From positions 120,528,001 to 120,592,000 of the forward strand of contig OX597815.1 of assembly GCA_951406725.2 (NCBI GenBank): a DNA stretch of 64,000 bases. The letters run 5' to 3'. The notes under the pieces are model-generated. The model had not been told where the DNA came from. It worked only from the letters and a program-made list of their open reading frames with translations, and searched no databases. Positions 13,671 to 26,641 of the stretch are shown in pieces. The stretch is from Octopus vulgaris (lineage: Eukaryota). The stretch's first letter is position 1, and each line of letters starts with the position of its first letter. Position numbers and translations under genes: made by a program.

Positions 13671-14080
13671 CTTCTGCCACAATGCAGAGGAACCATGGTG
13701 TAACCCACTATGATGTGGTAAACTTTCAAACCTTAGTCTAGATTGCGAATCCTCTCTACCCCATGATGGTTCAGCTCTCCACCCGTTAACACCCACCATT
13801 TATGGAATGAGGATAACAGCGTAGCTTTCGCGCCCGTGCAACAGCCAGTCTATCGTGTGTGGTGTGTGGATCTTCAAGTTGCCATACGCATTCTTAGTAG
13901 CTTAGAGTAGGCTCGAATTAGAGATTATTCTTTGTAGCTAATGGCGTGAGTCCTGATTGGAAGAAGAAAAAAGAAGACAGCAGCAACAACGACTGGAGTA
14001 ATAACAGAGTCTGCGAATGTAGTACGAGCGACAAATGCAGAAACAGTAATTGAAACAAAAACATCAAAAGAAGCACAAGT

Positions 14081-14144
<64 letters not shown>

Positions 14145-15399
14145 GCAGCAACAGCAGCGGCGGCGGCAGCAGCAGCAAGGAAAAGGACAACAATGTACAC
14201 TTAAGATAGTTGCAAATTTTGGTGTATCAATTTTAAGGCCAGTGTTAGTAAATTTCATCGACCCTGGTGTTTTTCTGGTACTTATTTTGTTGACATCGAA
14301 AGGCTGAAAGACAAATCTGACTTGAACTCGGTGAGATTTGATCTCGGTGAGATTTGATCTCGGAACGTAAAGAGCCAGAAGAAACGCCGCTAAGCATTCT
14401 TGTGCGGCGCGCTAACGATTCTACCGCAACCAGATTGATAAAAAGTAACAACAACGATGACAATAGCAATCTCGCCAAAAGCATCAATGTTTCCAACAAC
14501 GAAAATAATATCAATGAAGAAAACAGCAAAAAGGAGGAGGAGGAACAAGAAGCTGAGGAGAAGGAAGAGGAGAATGATAAGGAGGAGGAGGAGGAAGAAG
14601 ATGAGGAAGAAAAGGAGTTTCCTCCCCTCCTCCTCCCCACCTCCTCATCCTCCTCCCCACCTCCTCATCCTCCTTCTCCTCAGCAGCACCAGTACCAGCT
14701 ATATTTATGTTTCTGTTTCTATTTTTAGTGTATCGGTCTTCAATATTTGTTTTCCAGTATCCATAACCTTAACACAGTATGAAGGTTGCCATCTCCAGTA
14801 TCTCAAAACTCACATTTCATATTCTGTTGGCTGAATGTTAAATCCTCCTCCTGGATATGACGTTAGTCTGATGCAAATTACATTCACAGAATCTTTAGCA
14901 TCTGTTCTGGAATGTTCGTTTTAACTTAGGTGTATGGACATACTTGACCTGTAGTGCAAGCAAACGTCTGATATGAACTCAGACCAATTAACAATATTTT
15001 TCCCCATTCAGCCATTTCAAATCCATTCTTTTCCCTGCTAATCCTCACTAGTTTTATTGTTTATTGAACAAATTATTATGTATCAGAATATTTTTGTTTT
15101 TGGAGAAAATAATGATTTTCTAATACGAGGTGAATCTGGCATAACCTGTTATATGATATTGAACATTGTGATTTCCATGCATTTCTCAAGATCAGAATCG
15201 AAGTAATTGAAATCATTTCAATCTAGAATTGAAACTAAGTTTTTCGAAAACATGACCCTATACTACAAACACTCAAACGTGAATAAATAAGGGCCAAAGA
15301 TTTAAACATAAATGTAAGTTTAATCTACTTTCATGTTTAAATCTTTGTCCCTTATTATTCCCTTTATAATATACAAGGTATTTCAAACTGAAGAGCTAC

Positions 15400-15605
15400 G
15401 GAGGGTTATTGAGAGTTGGGAAGTGACCTACTGTTATGGCTGCCAAAGTATGGCCGTACACGCGTAGGTCTTCGAAAACAATGTATATAGATCAATTCAC
15501 CAGAGACACTTGACGCCTCTCTGAAGACCTCCTTTAACAATGCAGAATCGAGATAGATGGTGTTTACGGGTAAAAAATGCCCGAGCAAGCTCGACTTGAT
15601 GATGA
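15400..15605 (+). mobile_element. RTE-clade LINE 3' end, degenerate
   Basis: Conceptual translation across frameshifts ELGSDLLLWLPKYGRTRVG..YIDQ..RDT..MQNRDRW..RVKNARASST*, followed by tgatgatga. Confidence 0.6.
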
Positions 15606-16430
15606 GCAGTGGACGCTGGTACGTTTTCGATGTAAGAGAAATGCAATGGTTGAATGGTTATGTGTAAGTTTATTAACTTGTAGCACACGAGTTCATAACC
15701 TACAGAAACAAAATCATTTAATTCTGCTTGACTCAGACCATATTTGGAGAATACACTTCATACATGTTGGGAAGTTATTCGTGGGAAATTAATATCTTGC
15801 CGAAGGAGGGGTCCCTTTTTCATTGATTTAACTCAGGGGTTTTCAACCATTTTTTAATCTATGAAGCCCTTTGATTACTATTTCATTCTGGTGGACCCCC
15901 ATAGCAACTCGATGTTTCAAAACTAGTTTTATAGATACGTTTTTCAAAAATTCTATTTTCTAAGAATTAACTTGAAATATAGGCATAGTTGTATCTTTCT
16001 TCAGTTTTAATTAATACCTCTGAAATTTTTGAATAACTCATCATAGATTGTTAATTCTTTAAAAGAAAAATCAAATAAAAACTAAAATGTTTCAAATCTA
16101 TAGTAAGCTTTTTATTTCTATTGTTGAAAAGTTCAATAATAATAAAAAGAAGTTGAGAATATGTCATAACAATATTTTTCTCATCCACTCAGTTATAACT
16201 GATGTAAGTTTCGTTAATATCGGGAAATTTGTGGTTTCTATGGTTTGTTTGTTCCCAAACAACACATATTTTAGTGCTGTTGACACCACCGGATTGAATG
16301 GTATAGCCCAGGTATCGAAATCACAATGATATACGTGGGGCAGCCGATGATGGAGGTATGTTGGATTGTTCGTATGGCTGTGGAATAGTATTATAACACA
16401 TCCATTCGATACATACATAAATACATACAT

Positions 16431-16485
<55 letters not shown>

Positions 16486-16899
16486 CAATAATAATTCTCT
16501 AAATGAGATATAGACAGTAACTGGTCCATAACATAAGGGACTAAAGCCATCTGAATATGGCTAGGGACAGGGCAGGGTGGTGGGGGTGTTACTGTTGCAT
16601 TTAGCCCCAGGCGAACATCAACGTCGCCAGATAGGCTTGACACCATCACGGCGTCCTTTATCCTGCAAAGGGAGATAATTTCCCGATGAAGCGGAAACCA
16701 CACACGGACCTAGGTTTCAAGGTGTATTGCCTATCATCAACGTGTGGTAGGCCCCCGCCTCCTCGACGAACAACTCACTCTGCAGGATATTTATATATAG
16801 ATTTTCAAGCAAAATACATTTGCTGATTTCGAAAATCTGTTCGACAGCAATAATAATTCTCTAAATGCATATACATATATGTATGTATGTATGTAAATA

Positions 16900-16936
<37 letters not shown>

Positions 16937-16993
16937 TTACAAATAATTATTCAGGCCTGAGTTGCAAAATAATTGTGATTTAAAGCACCAATT

Positions 16994-17070
<77 letters not shown>

Positions 17071-17708
17071 ACGATATCTTAAATAGAAATATCACGTATA
17101 GAAGCAGTGAGAAATGAGTATCTGTGACGTTCACGCTTTTACCCTTAGCATTAAGGATTTAAAGTAGTTGTTGTTATTGTTGTTTTGTTGCAAGTTGCCC
17201 TCGATTGACCTGAAGAATGATCACAGAATGCCAAAAATCAGTTATATTTGTTTGTACAAATAGAAACCTTCTGGGGGATATGTTATACTTGAAGCAAATA
17301 ATACGCTCAAGTGCCTTATCAACTCGATTACTTTGCACCATGCTGCAATTCATAAACGTTTAAAAAGACTTCACCCTTTTGGCAGATTGAGAGATCCACG
17401 ATCAATACTATAAAATGGTTTGCGCTTATCGGACCAACCACGAAAATTAACCGAATTTTTCAGTTACTAAATCTTTATAGACAAAAAATATATAATGCAA
17501 AATAGTCACCAGGTAAATTTAAAGAGATTTCTCATGCATTCTTCACAAGCAGCTGTATTATTTTGCTCATATCTAAAATGTCATTCAGTGTCAACAACCA
17601 CCTCGTACTTTGATAAGAAGATCAACTATAGTTTATAGTTATGAATAAAATTTTAACAATTCAAATGTGTGTATATATATAACTAGAGGTTGATAAGCAA
17701 CACCCACA

Positions 17709-17764
<56 letters not shown>

Positions 17765-18097
17765 CGCGCACGCACACACAAACATATCAAAATAAGCAAC
17801 AGGCTATCAAGAAATGATGCAGTACGACCGTTTCAAGGGGCTCTATTTAATTGAACAATGCAATCATTACATCTATTTAAATGCAGGGCCATTTCTATAT
17901 ATATAAAAGATACAGAAATAAATTTCTTTTTATTCTCAAACGTGTGATAATGCTAATAAATACCGTGATCAGGACAAATTATCCATACATTGCAGACAAA
18001 GCTGGCCGGTAACATATTTTTCTGCAAGGTATGGATAATTTATCCGGATCGCGCTATTTACTAGCTTCAATAAGTGATATTTCTATTTAAGATATAT

Positions 18098-18204
<107 letters not shown>

Positions 18205-19139
18205 CATCTATCACTTTTTGTTAATCTGAAGTAGTAAAGTAATGCTATTAAATTTGTCAATCCCTCTTAGTTTTAGGTCACCATATCACTGGCCAAACTC
18301 GAGACTGGCGATGTCAGATATATTTTCATTCCAATTATGTAATGATTGCCACTGTTGACGACACAATGGGGATAGAGACATACACAAACGCACTCATCCA
18401 CATACACTTACCTACACACATCCATACGCACGCGCATTAGCAGTAAGGAAATTTATGCATTTGCTCTGAATGTATTTCGTCGAGATATTTAATGATAATG
18501 ATATTGGAGGTAGGGAGGGGGGGTTATATTACCAAATACATTTGAAAAGCAACAGGCAATAGTACATTATTTACATTATAACAGGCAATAGGTCTAACAA
18601 TTCTGACACTCATTAACTCCTATTACTAGTTACAAGACTCATTGAAAGACATTATTAAATGATGTGCTTGTTCGATCATGGCTGACGTGGAGTGATGAAG
18701 TAGTAGTAATAGCAACAGCAGGAACAGCAACAACAACAACAACAACAACAACAGCAATAGCAGCTGTAACTTGAGCGGGTAGAGAATATCAAAGGGTTAA
18801 ATTACAAGGGAGGAAACATTTTTTTTAGTGACATTGTTGGAGTCTGAGGGATCAAGAAACTCTAGTACCTACGAGCACAAGAAGAAGAAACAAGTAACGC
18901 TTGTTTAAAGGAGCAGAATCCTTTATAGAAACAGTCAAAAGGACTGGGAAGAGAAGGACAGTGCAGCTGTGAGTCAGTGGTTGTAAACATATTGACGGAT
19001 AAGGTTTTCTTATTCATTGAAATGGTATTTGTTATTCGGACAAATGTATTTTTGTGTATAGCAGCAGCACTGTCCTAGACATGTTAGCACTACCCCGATA
19101 TAGACCGTTCTTTAACCTTTATAAAAGAGTAAAGGGCAA

Positions 19140-19488
19140 AGACCCTTCTTGGTCATGCATGACCATGGGATTGCACCTAGAAAGTTACCCCCACCCTACC
19201 CCACCTGCAAGGTATAAGTCCTAGCAAGGTTGTTTTATGGTAGATCGGCAGTTGCCCGTGCATTCCAGCCTCCCCTCTGCGCGTCACCGATGTTATCCTA
19301 GGGAAAGGCAAAGGCCGATACAGCTTGGCACCTGTGATGTCGCAACTCATTTCTACAGCTGGATGAACTGGAGCAACTTGAAATAAAGTGTCTTGTTCAA
19401 GAACACAACATACAGCTCGGTCCAAAATTCGAACTCACTACCTATTGACTGTAAGCCCGATGCTCTAGCCACTGAGCCATGCGCCTTC
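19140..19488 (-). mobile_element. SINE family C, near full length
   Basis: Minus strand gaaggcgcatggctcagtggctagagcatcggg...ttcgaat; body cactttatttc..gttgctccagttca..cagctgtagaaatgagttgcgac. Confidence 0.85.
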
Positions 19489-19558
19489 ATAAATTTTTAA
19501 GGAGGCTGTCGCGACCAAGATTCGAATCTGAGTTATCATGGCTATGAACCTCCCTTAA

Positions 19559-19864
19559 CAGTGGTTAGAGCATCGAGCTCACAATCATGAGGTAATGAAT
19601 TTGATTCCTGGTTCGGGATATGTGTTGTGTTTTTGAGCAAGGCACTTTATTTCACGTTGCTCCAGTTCACTCATCTGTAGAAATGAGTTGCGACGTCACT
19701 GGTGCCAAGCTGTATCGGCATATGCTTTTCCTCGGATAACATCGGTGTGCGATGGAGAGGGGAGACTGGTATGCATGGGTGACTGATAGTCTTCTATAAA
19801 CAGCCTTTTCTGGACTTGTGCCTCGGAGGGGAACTTTCTAGGTGCAATCCCATGGTCAATCATG
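19559..19864 (+). mobile_element. SINE family C
   Basis: Inverted homologue of 19140-19488. Confidence 0.85.
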
Positions 19865-20035
19865 TGTCTTCAAATGATTAGATCTGAAAAATGAGTTTTG
19901 TTTGAGAAGCAGAGGCCGACCTAGCGTTTGGCATATAGTTATGTAAACATTATGTAAGTTCACCATAAAAGATGAATAGAGAACGTACAGTTTAACATTT
20001 GTTGCAGCTTTGACGATATATTGTTGTGTATTTTA

Positions 20036-20262
20036 AGGCGGCGAGCTGGTAGAAACGTTAGCATGCTGAGCAAAATGCTTAGCGGTATTTCGTCTGTCTT
20101 TACTTTCTGGGTTCAAATTCCACCGAGGTCGACTTTGCCATTCATCCTTTCGGGTTCGATAAATTAAGTACCAGTTGCGTACTGGGGACGATCTAATCGA
20201 CTGTCCCCCCCCCCCCCCCAAAAAAAAAAAATTTTGGGCCTTGTGCCTAGACTAGAAAAGAA
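20036..20262 (+). mobile_element. SINE family B, full length
   Basis: aggcggcgagctggtagaaacgttagc...gggttcaaattcc...cattcatcctttcgggttcgataaattaagtaccag...gggccttgtgcctag. Confidence 0.88.
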
Positions 20263-20289
20263 TATTTGTTGTGTATTTCATGAGTAGAA

Positions 20290-20660
20290 AATGTGTAGTA
20301 CAAAAATATCTCGAATTTGCTTTTGTGTTAATGAAAGGGACAAGATTGTCAGTGTCCTTTTGAACGATGTTTTGATTACCATTATCTATTGAGTCATTAT
20401 TTATTGTCTGGCGTGGCTGTCGTATATGCGTGAAGGTTAAGGCATTATAACGGCTGGTATCATCTGCGCAGGAGTGAATTTGTAAGCAATAATAGAGGAT
20501 GTACGACATCCTCGAGATATTAGAAGGCAGGTTGAAAAGAGGCCTGTCAATGGTTTTGATGGAAAAATCTGTTTGGATACTTCCAATCAAAAATAATAGA
20601 GATAGGCAGAAGCCATAAGTAGATAATTTAGCAAGCTGTGTGTAATAAGTGGTAAAGTTG
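20290..20660 (-). pseudogene. Highly degenerate LINE (CR1/L2/Jockey-group) RT fragment
   Basis: QIHSCADDT (degenerate YADD motif), NLVPF.NTK downstream, AKLSTYGF upstream. Confidence 0.5.
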
Positions 20661-21134
20661 ACATAACAGAATTTTAGATGATAAATTTTGACTCTTCAAA
20701 ACAAATACACATATTTGAGGTCAAACATAAAAGTTTTTGTTTACTTTATGCATTGTAAATATCAGTCTAGCCACAAAAAGAAACACAAAAAAAAACAGCG
20801 CCAGCATTGTATTATATTCTTTTATTCTTCTATTCATTTACTTGTTTCTGTCACTTTACTGCAGCCATGCTGGAGGACCGCCTTAGAGGGTTTTAGTCGA
20901 AGAAATTAACCCCAAGTTGCTATGCAGTGGGACTGAACCCAGAGCCATGTGGTTGGAAAGATGTAACTTCGTACAACACAGCCACACTTGCACTAGATAT
21001 GGGAACTATTTCTAGGTTGATTGAAAAAATGGCGAAAAGCCTTATCAGGTTTTCATCAGCAGTGTCTATGTCATTTAACTAATCCCCGAGTAACAAGCAG
21101 CCGATCTGTTTATATACACAACAAATATATATTC

Positions 21135-21361
21135 TTTTATTCTTTTACTTGTTTCAGACATTTGACTGTAGCCATAAGTCCTGGGGGTCGAGCAAATCGA
21201 CTCCAGGACTTATTCTTTGTAAGCCTAATATTTATTCTATCAAAATATTTTGCTGAACTGCTAAGTTACGGAGACGTAAACATACCAGCATCAGTTGTCA
21301 AGCGATGGCGGGGGACAAACACAGACATACAAATACACACACACACACACACACGCACACA

Positions 21362-21405
<44 letters not shown>

Positions 21406-21411
21406 CATATG

Positions 21412-21445
<34 letters not shown>

Positions 21446-21565
21446 CGAGGGGCTTCTTCCAGTTTCCATCTACCAAATCCACTCACAAGGTGACATGCAG
21501 TGGGACTGAACCGGGAACCATGTGGTTGGGAAGCAAGCTTCTTACCACATAGCCACACCTGACCC
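21135..21565 (-). mobile_element. SINE family A
   Basis: Reverse complement of family A, with internal (CA)n(TA)n. Confidence 0.85.
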
Positions 21566-21620
21566 TACACACACACACACACATGCATGTATGTATGTAT
21601 GCACATACACAATAAACATA

Positions 21621-21842
21621 CAGTAATCCAACTCTATATCGCGGTTCACCTATCGCAGTTTATTACTTAAGCTTACGTCGATTCCTCAGTGGTGTTATTT
21701 TGCATTTATAATAAAAAAATACATATAAATTATAAAAGTAATAAAAGATATATATACAGTACAGTACTGTTTCCACTTCGCGGATTTTCACCTATCGCGG
21801 GGGTTTTGAAACATATCACCCGCGATAGTCGAGGGATTACTG
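21621..21842. mobile_element. Tigger/pogo-like MITE
   Basis: TIRs cagtaatcc / ggattactg, TA on both sides; partial second copy 27493-27638. Confidence 0.8.
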
Positions 21843-22419
21843 TATACATAATGTATGTATGTTTGTGTCTGTGTATGTATAAATGTATGTATATATATAT
21901 ATATGATGTATATATATTACGTGTATATATATACACACACACATTCGTATATACATATCTGCCAATCTGTCTATTATCTATCTAATCTCTCCCTCTCTCT
22001 AAATACCTACCTACCTACCTACCTACCTACCTACCTACCTACCTACCTACATACCTACCTACCTACCTACCTAGCTATATACATACATACATACATACAA
22101 AAATACATACATACATACATACATACATACATACATACATACATACATACATACATACATACATACATACATACATACATAAACACACTGGCTAAATACC
22201 AATCTTTAGAAATTAAGTTTCTAAAAACCTGAAAGGGGAAAGCTAATTCGAAGACTACAGATCCAAACCATCACTGGAACTGGAAAAATCTGTAAAACTT
22301 TCCAGAAGTTTATCAATAAAATATGTATGAGCATGTCTAGATATGCAACTATATGCATGAGTATACATACATAAAGCAAAACATACAAATATGCATATAC
22401 TCGTATACATCCATACGAT

Positions 22420-22640
22420 AACCAGTAATAAAGTCACAAATTTTGGCTAGGAGAAAAAGTCACAGGAAAATCAGTGAAAATTAATTTATGGTGGCCGGTA
22501 ATAAAGTCACAGGAAAAAAAGTCACAATTATTTGATAGGATCCGGACAAAACCCCACTGGGACAAAATCCCCCGAACAAAACCTCTGTAACTTTTTTCCT
22601 GTGATATTTTTACCTGTGACTTTTTTTTTTTTACCTGGAT
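22420..22640. mobile_element. Foldback-like MITE with subterminal motif arrays
   Basis: Repeated aaagtcaca(gg) on the left, inverse cctgtga(c/t)tttt on the right, central ggacaaaa-ccc repeats. Confidence 0.55.
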
Positions 22641-22799
22641 TCATACATACATACATACATACATACATACATACATACAAAAATAATCTGTTGTTGATGT
22701 TAAATTTCCAATAAAAGAGGCTTGAATCTAGGTTAGAAACCGGTTCTTTCTCTACTGACAAGAAATCTTGATTTAAAACTGAACAATGACATACATACA

Positions 22800-22833
<34 letters not shown>

Positions 22834-22866
22834 CATACATACAAACATACATACATACATGTATGC

Positions 22867-22897
<31 letters not shown>

Positions 22898-22934
22898 CAT
22901 ACATACATACATACATACATACATACATACATAC

Positions 22935-23320
22935 GGAGGCGCAATGGCTCAGTGGTTAGGGCAGCGGACTCGCGGTCATAGGATCGCGGTTTCGATTCCC
23001 AGACTGGGCGTTGTGAGTGTTTATTGAGCGAAAACACCTAAAAGCTCCACGAGGCTCCGGCAGGGGATGGTGGTGATCCCTGCTGTACTCTTTCACCACA
23101 ACTTTCTCTCACTCTTACTTCCTGTTTCTGTTGTACCTGTATTTCAAAGGGCCGGCCTTGTCACTCTCTGTGTCACGCTGAATATCCCCGAGAATTACGT
23201 TAAGGGTGCACGTGTCTGTGGAGTGCTCAGCCACTTACACGTTAATTTCACGAGCAGGCTGTTCCGTTGATTCGGATCAACCGGAACCCTCATCGTCGTA
23301 ACCGACGGAGTGCTTCCCAC
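22935..23320 (+). mobile_element. tRNA-derived SINE family D, full length, inserted in (CATA)n
   Basis: A box tggctcagtggttagg, B box ggtttcgattccc; fragments at 13484 and ~62540. Confidence 0.85.
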
Positions 23321-24065
23321 ATACATAAACAAAATGAAGGAGCCTTGGATCTTTGTTAGAAACCAGCTCTTTCTCTATTTGCAAGAAATCTTGAAATAAA
23401 ACTGAATGATAATATACATACATACATTAATGCGCGCGTGAGTGTGTCTGCGTGTGCGTGAATGCGGCTGTCTCTCGCATTCGAGGATGACTAGGTGATA
23501 TGTATCATGCTTTCGCTAATTGTCTTAATGCCTCTGAAGTCGGTAGGAAACAGATACTGTCTCACAATTAATAAGACTTGTTCAAATCCACCAGGCACCA
23601 GTATTTATTTGTTCTCGAGATAGAACAACTGCGACAATACAAACAGAAAAGGGACAGAGATAGACATATGAATACTTCAATACAATTAAACGTCATTTTA
23701 ATAACAAATATTAAGTAATTTGTCCATTTGCGAGAGACACTGTGTCCAAATAGAGCATCGGGCCAGTAAGCTGAATGATATAGTCCTAGCAATATTTATC
23801 CTTCACCTTGTCTCACCTTTAAACCATCCCTTCTACTTCCTCCGCTTCCTCCTTCCCAGAAATTCAGTGGATTATAGAAATTCCACACGACAAACGAACT
23901 CACACGAATATGGCCCATTTGTTTTGATTTCAAGTATTTTCTGCGAAATACTCTCGTCACGAAAGAAATGATTCTCGGTCTCTTGACAAAAGTAAATGTT
24001 TATTTGAGAATAGCCTGTCAAGGATAACGACCTCCACCTCTATCTGCTTATCTTATTCTTCCTGC

Positions 24066-24067
<2 letters not shown>

Positions 24068-24126
<59 letters not shown>

Positions 24127-24133
24127 TCTCTCT
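24068..24133. repeat. (CT)n
   Basis: Directly visible. Confidence 0.97.
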
Positions 24134-24648
24134 GTTTTTGCTTCGAGTCTGTATATTGAACGTTACTATAGTAGCCTCCAAAGTTTGTGTTACGATCATG
24201 TCCTCTCATCCGCGACATGTAAGAACACGAAATGTTGACTGATCAATGAAACAATATATCCCAAAACAGAAAACCTGAAGCATTCGAAAAACTGCTCATA
24301 CTACTAATAAAAATTAAAAGAAACAAACAAACGGAAAAAAGAAAATAAAGGAAAAGAAAACTGAAAGATTATAAATATGTGAGATGCTGTGATGTTCATT
24401 CCATTCTAACTGAAATTGGACCAAAAAAATTGCTGCGCAATAGCAGTTTTTTTTTTTTAAACAAAAAGAATAGAGATGTGAGTGGAAACAACAAAAATAT
24501 CAACAACAAAAATAATAGTAACAGTAACAACAGCAACAACAACAGTAACAGCAAAAATAAAAGTCGTAATTGCCTTGCTGCGGTTGATTGAAATTGGAAA
24601 GAAAATGTGCAGTGAAGCAAAACATACCACACACACAGAAAATAGATA

Positions 24649-24649
<1 letters not shown>

Positions 24650-24729
<80 letters not shown>

Positions 24730-24815
24730 GGAGAGAGAGAGAGGATGGAGAGAGAATGAGAGACAGATAGACAGACAGAGACAGAGAGGCAGGCAGGTAG
24801 AGAGTGAGAGAGAGT
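24650..24815. repeat. (GA)n and degenerate GA tract
   Basis: Directly visible. Confidence 0.97.
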
Positions 24816-25714
24816 TTATTTACAACATTATGTCGGTCGAGATTCTCGGACGCTGAACGGATTATGTATAAATTATATCAATTCGTTTCTGTATAGATTT
24901 AAACAAACAATCTCTTATAGTGTAATGAAATGTTAATTTTATGCTTAATGTAAATCAATTATGACCTTAAGAGATGAAGTAAAAGTTTTTGTAGTTATTA
25001 TGTCATAGGCGGATATATCGAATATAAACAGATTTGTCCAATATTCTACGCGATCTTATCCGGTTTGCTCAGTAATAATATAGAAGATGATATGTTAGCA
25101 TTTTGCAAAATGTTAACTCTCCTGCACCTGAATAATTGTAAGATTGTATTTGTTTTTGCTTGTTTAATTATTCCTTTATTCGTTTATTCGTCACCGACAT
25201 CCTATATCCTATACAGTTACATGGTCCTGTTATTATTGCCCACACAGTATAAATCAGTTGCATGAGACATACCAAGAAGACTGGTTGGTATGTATGTATG
25301 TATGTATGTATGTATGTATGTATGTATGTATGTATGTATGTATGTATGTATGTATGTATGCTGAGTTCAAGTAAAACGAGAGGAGTACTTACGTTTTCTT
25401 AGCTTACTAGTGCTGTTTTCGTTGATGGTGGTGGTGTTAGTTTCTGCCATAATCTTGTAAGCGAAATTCCACGCGATATAAGGTATATTTTCAAAATCCA
25501 GTCTGAGTAACGCTACTTTGGGATGTAAAAAGTGTTACTCTTATTTATAATGGAAGAAATAAGCCAGTTACTGATTTAGACTAGAGGAGTCGGCTTGAAT
25601 ATAGAAGCGAACGTTCAAAAATATATTTTAAACGGCCCCCTACGCCTGATGTTGGCGGCACCATGTATGTATAGGCATGTATGTATGTCTCTTCTATTTT
25701 TTAATTATATTAAT

Positions 25715-26295
25715 CTTCCATTGAGAAGGGAGCCGGTTTCCAACAAAGATACAAGGCTCCATCATTGGGATGTAGTTAACACAGACAAATTCACATTTGG
25801 AACTTGAGAAAAGTCTTGCATATTTTTACTGTTTCACTCACAGATTGCACTTGTAATGCCCGTCGATTTCTCTTTCTGAAAATCTAAGTTTATCCAGATT
25901 CTCCTTTAAGCATTTACTAGCAAAACCTAGTGCTCCAATTGTTATTGGTATGAATATGAATTTATAGTCTAGATATATATGCTGGAGGTTTCAAAGCAGC
26001 TGTCCATATTTATCCCCCTTTTCTTTGATTTTCAAAGAGATATGTATGTATGTTAGTATGTATGTATGTATGTATGTATGCATGCATGTATGTATGCATG
26101 TATGTATGTTCGTATGTATGTTCGTTCCCTTGTTTTTAATCATTTAAATCCTTCCTCTGAGGAAGGAGCAGGTTTCTAACAAAAATGCAAAGCTCCATCG
26201 CTAGAGTGTAGATAATGGAAGCAACGTCACATTTTAAACTCGAGAAGAGTCTTGCATATTTTTACTGTTGCACTTAAAGATTGTATTTGCAATGT
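25715..26295 (-). mobile_element. Two copies of a LINE/SINE 3' end with stem-loop and (CATA)n tail
   Basis: 25715-25860 resembles 26160-26295; GGAGCC...GGCTCC hairpin; opposite-orientation copies at ~22715-22790 and ~23339-23420. Confidence 0.55.
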
Positions 26296-26598
26296 GCGAG
26301 TTAGTTGGTTCAATTCTTTTTCATACGTATGTATACAAAAAGGAGTAAAGTTAGGTTAAGTTCCTTTCCAAGTCATATAGACTCGGACAGGACTGGTTTC
26401 TGTGACGCATATATTCCCCTCTGGACGAGGGACCGGAGCAAGGTGAAGTGATGTGTTTTGCTCAAAAACACAACGCATCGTCCGGTCCAGGAATCGAAAG
26501 CACAATCTTACGATCATGCGTCCAATACCCTAACCACTAAGCCACGCGCCTCCACTGTGTATGTTGGTATATGTATACATGTGTATGTATGTTTATGC

Positions 26599-26641
<43 letters not shown>

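Noticed and set aside
14354-14728. Acidic, Asn/Glu/Pro-rich ORF resembling a real protein
   Set aside because: It begins within an antisense SINE and consists of degenerate AAC/GAG/CCT triplet repeats; no splice or domain evidence
16335-16415. Additional hammerhead-like traces (CCGATGA..TCCATTCGATAC; also CTGATGAAGC at ~37380-37390, minus strand)
   Set aside because: GAAA, stem III or stem I are missing, so they are compatible with chance
22935-23010. Possible tRNA gene (also 13484, 19420-19488, 38060-38120)
   Set aside because: A and B boxes are present, but there is no proper acceptor stem and each continues into a repeat body, so these are tRNA-derived heads
24068-24720. (CT)n and (GA)n tracts that could pair
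   Set aside because: Expected by chance at this microsatellite density
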